Below are positions 12,901-25,749 of a DNA stretch of 64,000 bases, piece after piece. The notes under the pieces are model-generated. The model did not search any database, was not told where the DNA came from, and worked only from the letters and a program-made list of their open reading frames with translations. Made by a program: the position numbers and the translations under genes. Where the stretch lies: positions 41,230,001-41,294,000 of the forward strand of contig OZ024740.1 of NCBI GenBank assembly GCA_964016885.1, given 5' to 3'. Source of the stretch: Eledone cirrhosa (Eukaryota). Within the stretch, counting starts at the first letter, position 1, and each line of letters begins with the position of its first letter.

Positions 12901-15900
12901 ATAAATTTATTTTTATTTGTTTTATGTATCTAAATAAAGTGTACGTGAAGATAAATTTATTTTTATATGTTTTATGTATTAAAACAAAGTGTACGTGAAG
13001 ATAAATTTATTTTTATTTGTTTTATGTATTTAAATAAAGTGTACGTGAAGATAAATTTATTTTTATTTGTTTTATGTATTAAAATAAAGTGTACGTGAAG
13101 ATAAATTTATTTTTATTTGTTTTATGTATTAAAATAAAGTGTACGTGAAGATAAATTTATTTTTATTTGTTTTATGTATTAAAATAAAGTGTACGTGAAG
13201 ATAAATTTATTTTTATTTGTTTTATGTATTAAAATAAAGTGTACGTGAAGATAAATTTATTTTTAATTGTTTTATGTATTTAAATAAAGTATACGTGAAG
13301 ATAAATTTATTTTTATTTGTTTTATGTATTAAAATAAAGTGTACGTGAAGATAAATTTATTTTTATTTGTTTCATGTATTAAAATAAAGTGTACGTGAAG
13401 ATAAATTTATTTTTATTTGTTTTATGTATTAAAATAAAGTGTACGTGAAGATAAATTTATCTTTATTTGTTTTATGTATTAAAATAAAGTGTACGTGAAG
13501 ATAAATTTATTTTTATTTGTTTTATGTATTAAAATAAAGTGTACTTGAAGATAAATTTATTTTTATTTGTTTTATGTATTAAAATAAAGTGTACGTGAAG
13601 ATAAATTTATTTTTATTTGTTTTATGTATTAAAATAAAGTGTACGTGAAGATAAATTTATTTTTATTTGTTTTATGTATTAAAATAAAGTGTACGTGAAG
13701 ATAAATTTATTTTTATTTGTTTTATGTATTAAAATGAAGTGTACGTGAAGATAAATTTATTTTTATTTGTTTTATGTATTAAAATAAAGTGTACATGAAA
13801 ATAAATTTATTTTTATTTGTTTTATGTATCTAAATAAAGTGTACGTGAAGATAAATTTATTTTTATTTGTTTTATGTATTAAAATAAAGTGTACGTGAAG
13901 ATAAATTTATTTTTATTTGTTTTATGTATTTAAATAAAGTGTACGTGAAGATAAATTTATTTTTATTTGTTTTATGTATTAAAATAAAGTGTACGTGAAG
14001 ATAAATTTATTTTTATTTGTTTTATGTATTAAAATAAAGTGTACGTGAAGATAAATTTATTTCTATTTGTTTTATGTATTAAAATAAAGTGTACGTGAAG
14101 ATAAATTTATTTTTATTTGTTTTATGTATTAAAATAAAGTGTACGTGAAGATAAATTTATTTTTATATGTTTTATGTATTAAAATAAAGTGTACGTGAAG
14201 ATAAATTTATTTTTATTTGTTTTATGTATTTAAATAAAGTGTACGTGAAGATAAATTTATTTTTATTTGTTTTATGTATTAAAATAAAGTGTACGTGAAG
14301 ATAAATTTATTTTTATTTGTTTTATGTATTAAAATAAAGTGTACGTGAAGATAAATTTATTTTTATTTGTTTTATGTATTAAAATAAAGTGTACGTGAAG
14401 ATAAATTTATTTTTAATTGTTTTATGTATTTAAATAAAGTATACGTGAAGATAAATTTATTTTTATTTGTTTTATGTATTAAAATAAAGTGTACGTGAAG
14501 ATAAATTTATTTTTATTTGTTTCATGTATTAAAATAAAGTGTACGTGAAGATAAATTTATTTTTATTTGTTTTATGTATTAAAATAAAGTGTACGTGAAG
14601 ATAAATTTATCTTTATTTGTTTTATGTATTAAAATAAAGTGTACGTGAAGATAAATTTATTTTTATTTGTTTTATGTATTAAAATAAAGTGTACGTGAAG
14701 ATAAATTTATTTTTATTTGTTTTATGTATTAAAATAAAGTGTACGTGAAGATAAATTTACTTTTATTTGTTTTATGTATTAAAATAAAGTGTATGTGAAG
14801 ATAAATTTACTTTTATTTGTTTTATGTATTAAAATAAAGTGAACGTGAAGATAAATTCATTTTTATTTGTTTTATGTATTAAAATAAAGTGTACGTGAAG
14901 ATAAATTTATTTTTATTTGTTTCATGTATTAAAATAAAGTGTACGTGAAGATAAATTTATTTTTATTTGTTTTATGTATTAAAATAAAGTGTACGTGAAG
15001 ATAAATTTATTTTTATTTGTTTTATGTATTAAAATAAAGTGTACGTGAAGATAAATTTATTTTTATTTGTTTCATGTATTAAAATAAAGTGTACGTGAAG
15101 ATAAATTTATTTTTATTTGTTTTATGTATTAAAATAAAGTGTACGTGAAGATAAATTTATCTTTATTTGTTTTATGTATTAAAATAAAGTGTACGTGAAG
15201 ATAAATTTATCTTTATTTGTTTTATGTATTAAAATAAAGTGTACGTGAAGATAAATTTATTTTTATTTGTTTTATGTATTAAAATAAAGTGTACGTGAAG
15301 ATAAATTTATTTTTATTTGTTTTATGTATTAAAATAAAGTGTACGTGAAGATAAATTTACTTTTATTTGTTTTATGTATTAAAATAAAGTGTATGTGAAG
15401 ATAAATTTACTTTTATTTGTTTTATGTATTAAAATAAAGTGAACGTGAAGATAAATTTATTTTTATTTGTTTTATGTATTAAAATAAAGTGTACGTGAAG
15501 ATAAATTTATTTTTATTTGTTTCATGTTTTAAAATAAAGTGTACGTGAAGATAAATTTATTTTTATTTGTTTTATGTATTAAAATAAAGTGTACGTGAAG
15601 ATAAATTTATTTTTATTTGTTTTATGTATTAAAATAAAGTGTACGTGAAGATAAATTTATTTTTATTTGTTTCATGTATTAAAATAAAGTGTACGTGAAG
15701 ATAAATTTATTTTTATTTGTTTTATGTATTAAAATAAAGTGTACGTGAAGATAAATTTATTTTTATTTGTTTTATGTATTAAAATAAAGTGTACTTGAAG
15801 ATAAATTTATTTTTATTTGTTTTATGTATTAAAATAAAGTGTACGTGAAGATAAATTTATTTTTATTTGTTTTATGTATTAAAATAAAGTGTACGTGAAG

Positions 15901-17509
15901 ATAAATTTATTTTTATTTGTTTCATGTATTAAAATAAAGTGTACATGAAAATAAATTTATTTTTATTTGTTTTATGTATCTAAATAAAGTGTACGTGAAG
16001 ATAAATTTATTTTTATTTGTTTTATGTATTAAAATAAAGTGTACGTGAAGATAAATTTATTTTTATTTGTTTTATGTATTTAAATAAAGTGTACGTGAAG
16101 ATAAATTTATTTTTATTTGTTTTATGTATTAAAATAAAGTGTACGTGAAGATAAATTTATTTTTATTTGTTTTATGTATTAAAATAAAGTGTACGTGAAG
16201 ATAAATTTATTTCTATTTGTTTTATGTATTAAAATAAAGTGTACGTGAAGATAAATTTATTTTTATTTGTTTTATGTATTAAAATAAAGTGTACGTGAAG
16301 ATAAATTTATTTTTATATGTTTTATGTATTAAAATAAAGTGTACGTGAAGATAAATTTATTTTTATTTGTTTTATGTATTTAAATAAAGTGTACGTGAAG
16401 ATAAATTTATTTTTATTTGTTTTATGTATTAAAATAAAGTGTACGTGAAGATAAATTTATTTTTATTTGTTTTATGTATTAAAATAAAGTGTACGTGAAG
16501 ATAAATTTATTTTTATTTGTTTTATGTATTAAAATAAAGTGTACGTGAAGATAAATTTATTTTTAATTGTTTTATGTATTTAAATAAAGTATACGTGAAG
16601 ATAAATTTATTTTTATTTGTTTTATGTATTAAAATAAAGTGTACGTGAAGATAAATTTATTTTTATTTGTTTCATGTATTAAAATAAAGTGTACGTGAAG
16701 ATAAATTTATTTTTATTTGTTTTATGTATTAAAATAAAGTGTACGTGAAGATAAATTTATCTTTATTTGTTTTATGTATTAAAATAAAGTGTACGTGAAG
16801 ATAAATTTATTTTTATTTGTTTTATGTATTAAAATAAAGTGTACGTGAAGATAAATTTATTTTTATTTGTTTTATGTATTAAAATAAAGTGTACGTGAAG
16901 ATAAATTTACTTTTATTTGTTTTATGTATTAAAATAAAGTGTATGTGAAGATAAATTTACTTTTATTTGTTTTATGTATTAAAATAAAGTGAACGTGAAG
17001 ATAAATTCATTTTTATTTGTTTTATGTATTAAAATAAAGTGTACGTGAAGATAAATTTATTTTTATTTGTTTCATGTATTAAAATAAAGTGTACGTGAAG
17101 ATAAATTTATTTTTATTTGTTTTATGTATTAAAATAAAGTGTACGTGAAGATAAATTTATTTTTATTTGTTTTATGTATTAAAATAAAGTGTACGTGAAG
17201 ATAAATTTATTTTTATTTGTTTCATGTATTAAAATAAAGTGTACGTGAAGATAAATTTATTTTTATTTGTTTTATGTATTAAAATAAAGTGTACGTGAAG
17301 ATAAATTTATCTTTATTTGTTTTATGTATTAAAATAAAGTGTACGTGAAGATAAATTTATCTTTATTTGTTTTATGTATTAAAATAAAGTGTACGTGAAG
17401 ATAAATTTATTTTTATTTGTTTTATGTATTAAAATAAAGTGTACGTGAAGATAAATTTATTTTTATTTGTTTTATGTATTAAAATAAAGTGTACGTGAAG
17501 ATAAATTTA
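5662..17509. repeat. 117-monomer (5,850-bp) tandem duplication, 2 apparently identical copies
   Basis: Rare variants are paired at exactly +5,850: gtgcacgtg 5892/11742, aaaacaaag 7135/12985, aaaatgaag 7886/13736, ataaattcat 9001/14851, ttcatgtttt 9671/15521. Confidence 0.92.
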
Positions 17510-18094
17510 CTTTTATTTGTTTTATGTATTAAAATAAAGTGTATGTGAAGATAAATTTACTTTTATTTGTTTTATGTATTAAAATAAAGTGAACGTGAAG
17601 ATAAATTTATTTTTATTTGTTTTATGTATTAAAATAAAGTGTACGTGAAGATAAATTTATTTTTATTTGTTTCATGTTTTAAAATAAAGTGTACGTGAAG
17701 ATAAATTTATTTTTATTTGTTTTATGTATTAAAATAAAGTGTACGTGAAGATAAATTTATTTTTATTTGTTTTATGTATTAAAATAAAGTGTACGTGAAG
17801 ATAAATTTATTTTTATTTGTTTCATGTATTAAAATAAAGTGTACGTGAAGATAAATTTATTTTTATTTGTTTTATGTATTAAAATAAAGTGTACGTGAAG
17901 ATAAATTTATTTTTATTTGTTTTATGTATTAAAATAAAGTGTACTTGAAGATAAATTTATTTTTATTTGTTTTATGTATTAAAATAAAGTGTACGTGAAG
18001 ATAAATTTATTTTTATTTGTTTTATGTATTAAAATAAAGTGTACGTGAAGATAAATTTATTTTTATTTGTTTCATGTATTAAAATAAAGTGTAC
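13774..18094. repeat. 43-monomer (2,150-bp) tandem duplication, also present truncated at about 7924-11659
   Basis: gtacatgaaa at 13791/15941 and 7941/10091; ataaattcat at 14851/17001 and 9001/11151; ttcatgtttt at 15521/17671. Confidence 0.88.
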
Positions 18095-21000
18095 GTGAAG
18101 ATAAATTTATTTTTATTTGTTTTATGTATTAAAATAAAGTGTACGTGAAGATAAATTTATTTTTATTTGTTTTATGTATTAAAATAAAGTGTACTTGAAG
18201 ATAAATTTATTTTTATTTGTTTTATGTATTAAAATAAAGTGTACGTGAAGATAAATTTATTTTTATTTGTTTTATGTATTAAAATAAAGTGTACGTGAAG
18301 ATAAATTTATTTTTATTTGTTTTATATATTAAAATAAAGTGTACGTGAAGATAAATTTATTTTTATTTGTTTTATGTATTAAAATAAAGTGTACGTGAAG
18401 ATAAATTTATTTTTATTTGTTTTATGTATTTAAATAAAGTGTACGTGAAGATAAATTTATTTTTATTTGTTTTATGTATTAAAATAAAGTGTACGTGAAG
18501 ATAAATTTATTTTTATTTGTTTTATGTATTAAAATAAAGTGTACGTGAAGATAAATTTATTTTTATTTGTTTTATGTATTAAAATAAAGTGTACGTGAAG
18601 ATAAATTTATTTTTATTTGTTTTATGTATTAAAATAAAGTGTACGTGAAGATAAATTTATTTTTAATTGTTTTATGTATTTAAATAAAGTATACGTGAAG
18701 ATAAATTTATTTTTATTTGTTTTATGTATTAAAATAAAGTGTACGTGAAGATAAATTTATTTTTATTTGTTTCATGTATTAAAATAAAGTGTACGTGAAG
18801 ATAAATTTATTTTTATTTGTTTTATGTATTAAAATAAAGTGTACGTGAAGATAAATTTATCTTTATTTGTTTTATGTATTAAAATAAAGTGTACGTGAAG
18901 ATAAATTTATTTTTATTTGTTTTATGTATTAAAATAAAGTGTACGTGAAGATAAATTTATTTTTATTTGTTTTATGTATTAAAATAAAGTGTACGTGAAG
19001 ATAAATTTATTTTTATTTGTTTCATGTATTAAAATAAAGTGTACGTGAAGATAAATTTATTTTTATTTGTTTTATGTATTAAAATAAAGTGTACGTGAAG
19101 ATAAATTTATTTTTATTTGTTTTATGTATTAAAATAAAGTGTACTTGAAGATAAATTTATTTTTATTTGTTTTATGTATTAAAATAAAGTGTACGTGAAG
19201 ATAAATTTATTTTTATTTGTTTTATGTATTAAAATGAAGTGTACGTGAAGATAAATTTATTTTTATTTGTTTTATGTATTAAAATAAAGTGTACGTGAAG
19301 ATAAATTTATTTTTATTTGTTTTATGTATTAAAATGAAGTGTACGTGAAGATAAATTTATTTTTATTTGTTTTATGTATTAAAATAAAGTGTACATGAAA
19401 ATAAATTTATTTTTATTTGTTTTATGTATCTAAATAAAGTGTACGTGAAGATAAATTTATTTTTATCTGTTTTATGTATTAAAATAAAGTGTACGTGAAG
19501 ATAAATTTATTTTTATTTGTTTTATGTATTTAAATAAAGTGTACGTGAAGATAAATTTATTTTTATTTGTTTTATGTATTAAAATAAAGTGTACGTGAAG
19601 ATAAATTTATTTTTATTTGTTTTATGTATTAAAATAAAGTGTACGTGAAGATAAATTTATTTCTATTTGTTTTATGTATTAAAATAAAGTGTACGTGAAG
19701 ATAAATTTATTTTTATTTGTTTTATGTATTAAAATAAAGTGTACGTGAAGATAAATTTATTTTTATATGTTTTATGTATTAAAATAAAGTGTACGTGAAG
19801 ATAAATTTATTTTTATTTGTTTTATGTATTTAAATAAAGTGTACGTGAAGATAAATTTATTTTTATTTGTTTTATGTATTAAAATAAAGTGTACGTGAAG
19901 ATAAATTTATTTTTATTTGTTTTATGTATTAAAATAAAGTGTACGTGAAGATAAATTTATTTTTATTTGTTTTATGTATTAAAATAAAGTGTACGTGAAG
20001 ATAAATTTATTTTTAATTGTTTTATGTATTTAAATAAAGTATACGTGAAGATAAATTTATTTTTATTTGTTTTATGTATTAAAATAAAGTGTACGTGAAG
20101 ATAAATTTATTTTTATTTGTTTCATGTATTAAAATAAAGTGTACGTGAAGATAAATTTATTTTTATTTGTTTTATGTATTAAAATAAAGTGTACGTGAAG
20201 ATAAATTTATCTTTATTTGTTTTATGTATTAAAATAAAGTGTACGTGAAGATAAATTTATCTTTATTTGTTTTATGTATTAAAATAAAGTGTACGTGAAG
20301 ATAAATTTATTTTTATTTGTTTTATGTATTAAAATAAAGTGTACGTGAAGATAAATTTATTTTTATTTGTTTTATGTATTAAAATAAAGTGTACGTGAAG
20401 ATAAATTTACTTTTATTTGTTTTATGTATTAAAATAAAGTGTATGTGAAGATAAATTTACTTTTATTTGTTTTATGTATTAAAATAAAGTGAACGTGAAG
20501 ATAAATTCATTTTTATTTGTTTTATGTATTAAAATAAAGTGTACGTGAAGATAAATTTATTTTTATTTGTTTCATGTATTAAAATAAAGTGTACGTGAAG
20601 ATAAATTTATTTTTATTTTTTTTATGTATTAAAATAAAGTGTACGTGAAGATAAATTTATTTTTATTTGTTTTATGTATTAAAATAAAGTGTACGTGAAG
20701 ATAAATTTATTTTTAATTGTTTTATGTATTTAAATAAAGTATACGTGAAGATAAATTTATTTTTATTTGTTTTATGTATTAAAATAAAGTGTACGTGAAG
20801 ATAAATTTATTTTTATTTGTTTCATGTATTAAAATAAAGTGTACGTGAAGATAAATTTATTTTTATTTGTTTTATGTATTAAAATAAAGTGTACGTGAAG
20901 ATAAATTTATCTTTATTTGTTTTATGTATTAAAATAAAGTGTACGTGAAGATAAATTTATCTTTATTTGTTTTATGTATTAAAATAAAGTGTACGTGAAG

Positions 21001-24000
21001 ATAAATTTATTTTTATTTGTTTTATGTATTAAAATAAAGTGTACGTGAAGATAAATTTATTTTTATTTGTTTTATGTATTAAAATAAAGTGTACGTGAAG
21101 ATAAATTTACTTTTATTTGTTTTATGTATTAAAATAAAGTGTATGTGAAGATAAATTTACTTTTATTTGTTTTATGTATTAAAATAAAGTGAACGTGAAG
21201 ATAAATTTATTTTTATTTGTTTTATGTATTAAAATAAAGTGTACGTGAAGATAAATTTATTTTTATTTGTTTCATGTATTAAAATAAAGTGTACGTGAAG
21301 ATAAATTTATTTTTATTTGTTTTATGTATTAAAATAAAGTGTACGTGAAGATAAATATATTTTTATTTGTTTTATGTATTAAAATAAAGTGTACGTGAAG
21401 ATAAATTTATTTTTATTTGTTTCATGTATTAAAATAAAGTGTACGTGAAGATAAATTTATTTTTATTTGTTTTATGTATTAAAATAAAGTGTACGTGAAG
21501 ATAAATTTATTTTTATTTGTTTTATGTATTAAAATAAAGTGTACTTGAAGATAAATTTATTTTTATTTGTTTTATGTATTAAAATAAAGTGTACATGAAG
21601 ATAAATTTATTTTTATTTGTTTTATGTATTAAAATAAAGTGTACGTGAAGATAAATTTATCTTTATTTGTTTTATGTATTAAAATAAAGTGTACGTGAAG
21701 ATAAATTTATCTTTATTTGTTTTATGTATTAAAATCAAGTGTACGTGAAGATAAATTTATTTTTATTTGTTTTATGTATTAAAATAAAGTGTACGTGAAG
21801 ATAAATTTATTTTTATTTGTTTTATGTATTAAAATAAAGTGTACGTGAAGATAAATTTACTTTTATTTGTTTTATGTATTAAAATAAAGTGCATGTGAAG
21901 ATAAATTTACTTTTATTTGTTTTATGTATTAAAATAAAGTGAACGTGAAGATAAATTTATTTTTATTTGTTTTATGTATTAAAATAAAGTGTACGTGAAG
22001 ATAAATTTATTTTTATTTGTTTCATGTATTAAAATAAAGTGTACGTGAAGATAAATTTATTTTTATTTGTTTTATGTATTAAAATAAAGTGTACGTGAAG
22101 ATAAATTTATTTTTATTTGTTTTATGTATTTAAATAAAGTGTACGTGAAGATAAATTTATTTTTATTTGTTTTATGTATTAAAATAAAGTGTACGTGAAG
22201 ATAAATTTATTTTTATTTGTTTTATGTATTAAAATAAAGTGTACGTGAAGATAAATTTATTTTTATTTGTTTTATGTATTAAAATAAAGTGTACGTGAAG
22301 ATAAATTTATTTTTATTTGTTTTATGTATTAAAATAAAGTGTACGTGAAGATAAATTTATTTTTAATTGTTTTATGTATTTAAATAAAGTATACGTGAAG
22401 ATAAATTTATTTTTATTTGTTTTATGTATTAAAATAAAGTGTACGTGAAGATAAATTTATTTTTATTTGTTTCATGTATTAAAATAAAGTGTACGTGAAG
22501 ATAAATTTATTTTTATTTGTTTTATGTATTAAAATAAAGTGTACGTGAAGATAAATTTATCTTTATTTGTTTTATGTATTAAAATAAAGTGTACGTGAAG
22601 ATAAATTTATTTTTATTTGTTTTATGTATTAAAATAAAGTGTACGTGAAGATAAATTTATTTTTATTTGTTTTATGTATTAAAATAAAGTGTACGTGAAG
22701 ATAAATTTATTTTTATTTGTTTCATGTATTAAAATAAAGTGTACGTGAAGATAAATTTATTTTTATTTGTTTTATGTATTAAAATAAAGTGTACGTGAAG
22801 ATAAATTTATTTTTATTTGTTTTATGTATTAAAATAAAGTGTACTTGAAGATAAACTTATTTTTATTTGTTTTATGTATTAAAATAAAGTGTACGTGAAG
22901 ATAAATTTATTTTTATTTGTTTTATGTATTAAAATAAAGTGTACGTGAAGATAAATTTATTTTTATTTGTTTTATGTATTAAAATAAAGTGTACGTGAAG
23001 ATAAATTTATTTTTATTTGTTTTATGTATTAAAATAAAGTGTACGTGAAGATAAATTTATTTTTATTTGTTTTATGTATTTAAATAAAGTGTACGTGAAG
23101 ATAAATTTATTTTTATTTGTTTTATGTATTAAAATAAAGTGTACGTGAAGATAAATTTATTTTTATTTGTTTTATGTATTAAAATAAAGTGTACGTGAAG
23201 ATAAATTTATTTCTATTTGTTTTATGTATTAAAATAAAGTGTACGTGAAGATAAATTTATTTTTATTTGTTTTATGTATTAAAATAAAGTGTACGTGAAG
23301 ATAAATTTATTTTTATATGTTTTATGTATTAAAATAAAGTGTACGTGAAGATAAATTTATTTTTATTTGTTTTATGTATTAAAATAAAGTGTACGTGAAG
23401 ATAAATTTATTTTTATTTGTTTTATGTATTAAAATAAAGTGTACGTGAAGATAAATTTACTTTTATTTGTTTTATGTATTAAAATAAAGTGTATGTGAAG
23501 ATAAATTTACTTTTATTTGTTTTATGTATTAAAATAAAGTGTACGTGAAGATAAATTTATTTTTATTTGTTTTATGTATCTAAATAAAGTGTACGTGAAG
23601 ATAAATTTATTTTTATTTGTTTTATGTATTAAAATAAAGTGTACGTGAAGATAAATTTACTTTTATTTGTTTTATGTATTAAAATAAATTGTACGTGAAG
23701 ATAAATTTATTTTTATTTGTTTTATGTATTAAAATAAAGTGTACGTGAAGATAAATTTATTTTTATTTGTTTTATGTATTAAAATAAAGTGTACGTGAAG
23801 ATAAATTTACTTTTATTTGTTTTATGTATTAAAATAAATTGTACGTGAAGATAAATTTATTTTTATTTGTTTTATGTATTAAAATAAAGTGTACGTGAAG
23901 ATAAATTTATTTTTATTTGTTTTATGTATTAAAATAAAGTGTACGTGAAGATAAATTTATTTTTATTTGTTTTATGTATTAAAATAAAGTGTACGTGAAG

Positions 24001-25749
24001 ATAAATTTATTTTTATTTGTTTTATGTATTAAAATAAAGTGTACGTGAAGATAAATTTATTTTTATTTGTTTTATGTATTAAAATAAAGTGTACGTGAAG
24101 ATAAATTTACTTTTATTTGTTTTATGTATTAAAATAAAGTGTATGTGAAGATAAATTTACTTTTATTTGTTTTATGTATTAAAATAAAGTGTACGTGAAG
24201 ATAAATTTATTTTTATTTCTTTTATGTATCTAAATAAAGTGTACGCGAAGATCAATTTATTTCTATTTGTTTTATCTATTAAAATAAAGTGTACGTGAAG
24301 ATAAATTTATTTTTATTTGTTTTATGTATTAAAATAAAGTGTACGTGAAGATAAATTTACTTTTATTTGTTTTATGTATTAAAATAAAGTGTACGTGAAG
24401 ATAAATTTATTTTTATTTGTTTTATGTATTAAAATAAAGTGTACGTGAAGATAAATTTACTTTTATTTGTTTTATGTATTAAAATAAAGTGTATGTGAAG
24501 ATAAATTTACTTTTATTTGTTTTATGTATTAAAATAAAGTGTACGTGAAGATAAATTTATTTTTATTTGTTTTATGTATTAAAATAAATGTACGTGAAGA
24601 TAAATTTATTTTTATTTGTTTTATATATTAAAATAAAGTCTACGTGAAGATAAATTTATTTTTATTTGTTTTATGTATTAAAATAAAGTGTACGTGAAGA
24701 TAAATTTATTTTTAATTGTTTTATGTATTTAAATAAAGTGTACGTGAAGATAAATTTATTTTTATTTGTTTTATGTATTAAAATAAAGTGTACGTGAAGA
24801 TAAATTTATTTTTATTTGTTTTATGTATTAAAATAAAGTGTACGTGAAGATAGATTTATTTTTATTTGTGTTATGTATTAAAATAAAGTGTACGTGAAGA
24901 TAAATTTATTTTTATTTGTTTTATGTATTAAAATAAAGTGTACGTGAAGATAAATTTATTTTTATTTGTTTTATGTATTAAAATAAAGTGTACGTGAAGA
25001 TACATTTATTTTTATTTGTTTTATGTATTAAAATAAAGTGTACGTGAAGATAAATTTATTTTTATTTGTCTTATGTATTAAAATAATGTGTACGTGAAGA
25101 TAAATTTACTTTTATTTGTTTTATGTATTAAAATAAAGTGTACGTGAAGATAAATTTACTTTTATTTGTTTTATGTATTAAAATAAAGTGTACGTGAAGA
25201 TAAATTTATTTTTATTTGTTTTATGTATTAAAATAAAGTGTACGTGAAGATAAATTTACTTTTATTTGTTTTATGTATTAAAATAAAGTGTACGTGAAGA
25301 TAAATTTATTTTTATTTGTTTTATGTATTAAAATAAAGTGTACGTGAAGATAAATTTATTTTTATTTGTTTTATGTATTAAAATAAAGTGTACGTGAAGA
25401 TAAATTTATTTTTATTTGTTTTATGTATTAAGATAAAGTGTACGTGAAGATAAATTTATTTTTATTTGTTTTATGTATTAAAATAAAGTGTCCGTGAAGA
25501 TAAATTAATTTTTATTTGTTTTATGTATTAAAATAAAGTGTACGTGAAGATAAATTTACTTTTATTTGTTTTATGTATTAAAATAAATTGTATGTGGAGA
25601 TAAATTTACTTTTATTTGTTTTATGTGTTAAAATATAGTGTACGTGAAGATAGATTTATTTTTATTTGTGTTATGTATTAAAATAATGTGTACGTGAAGA
25701 TAAATTTATTTTTATTTGTTTTATGTATTAAAATAAAGTGTACGTGAAG

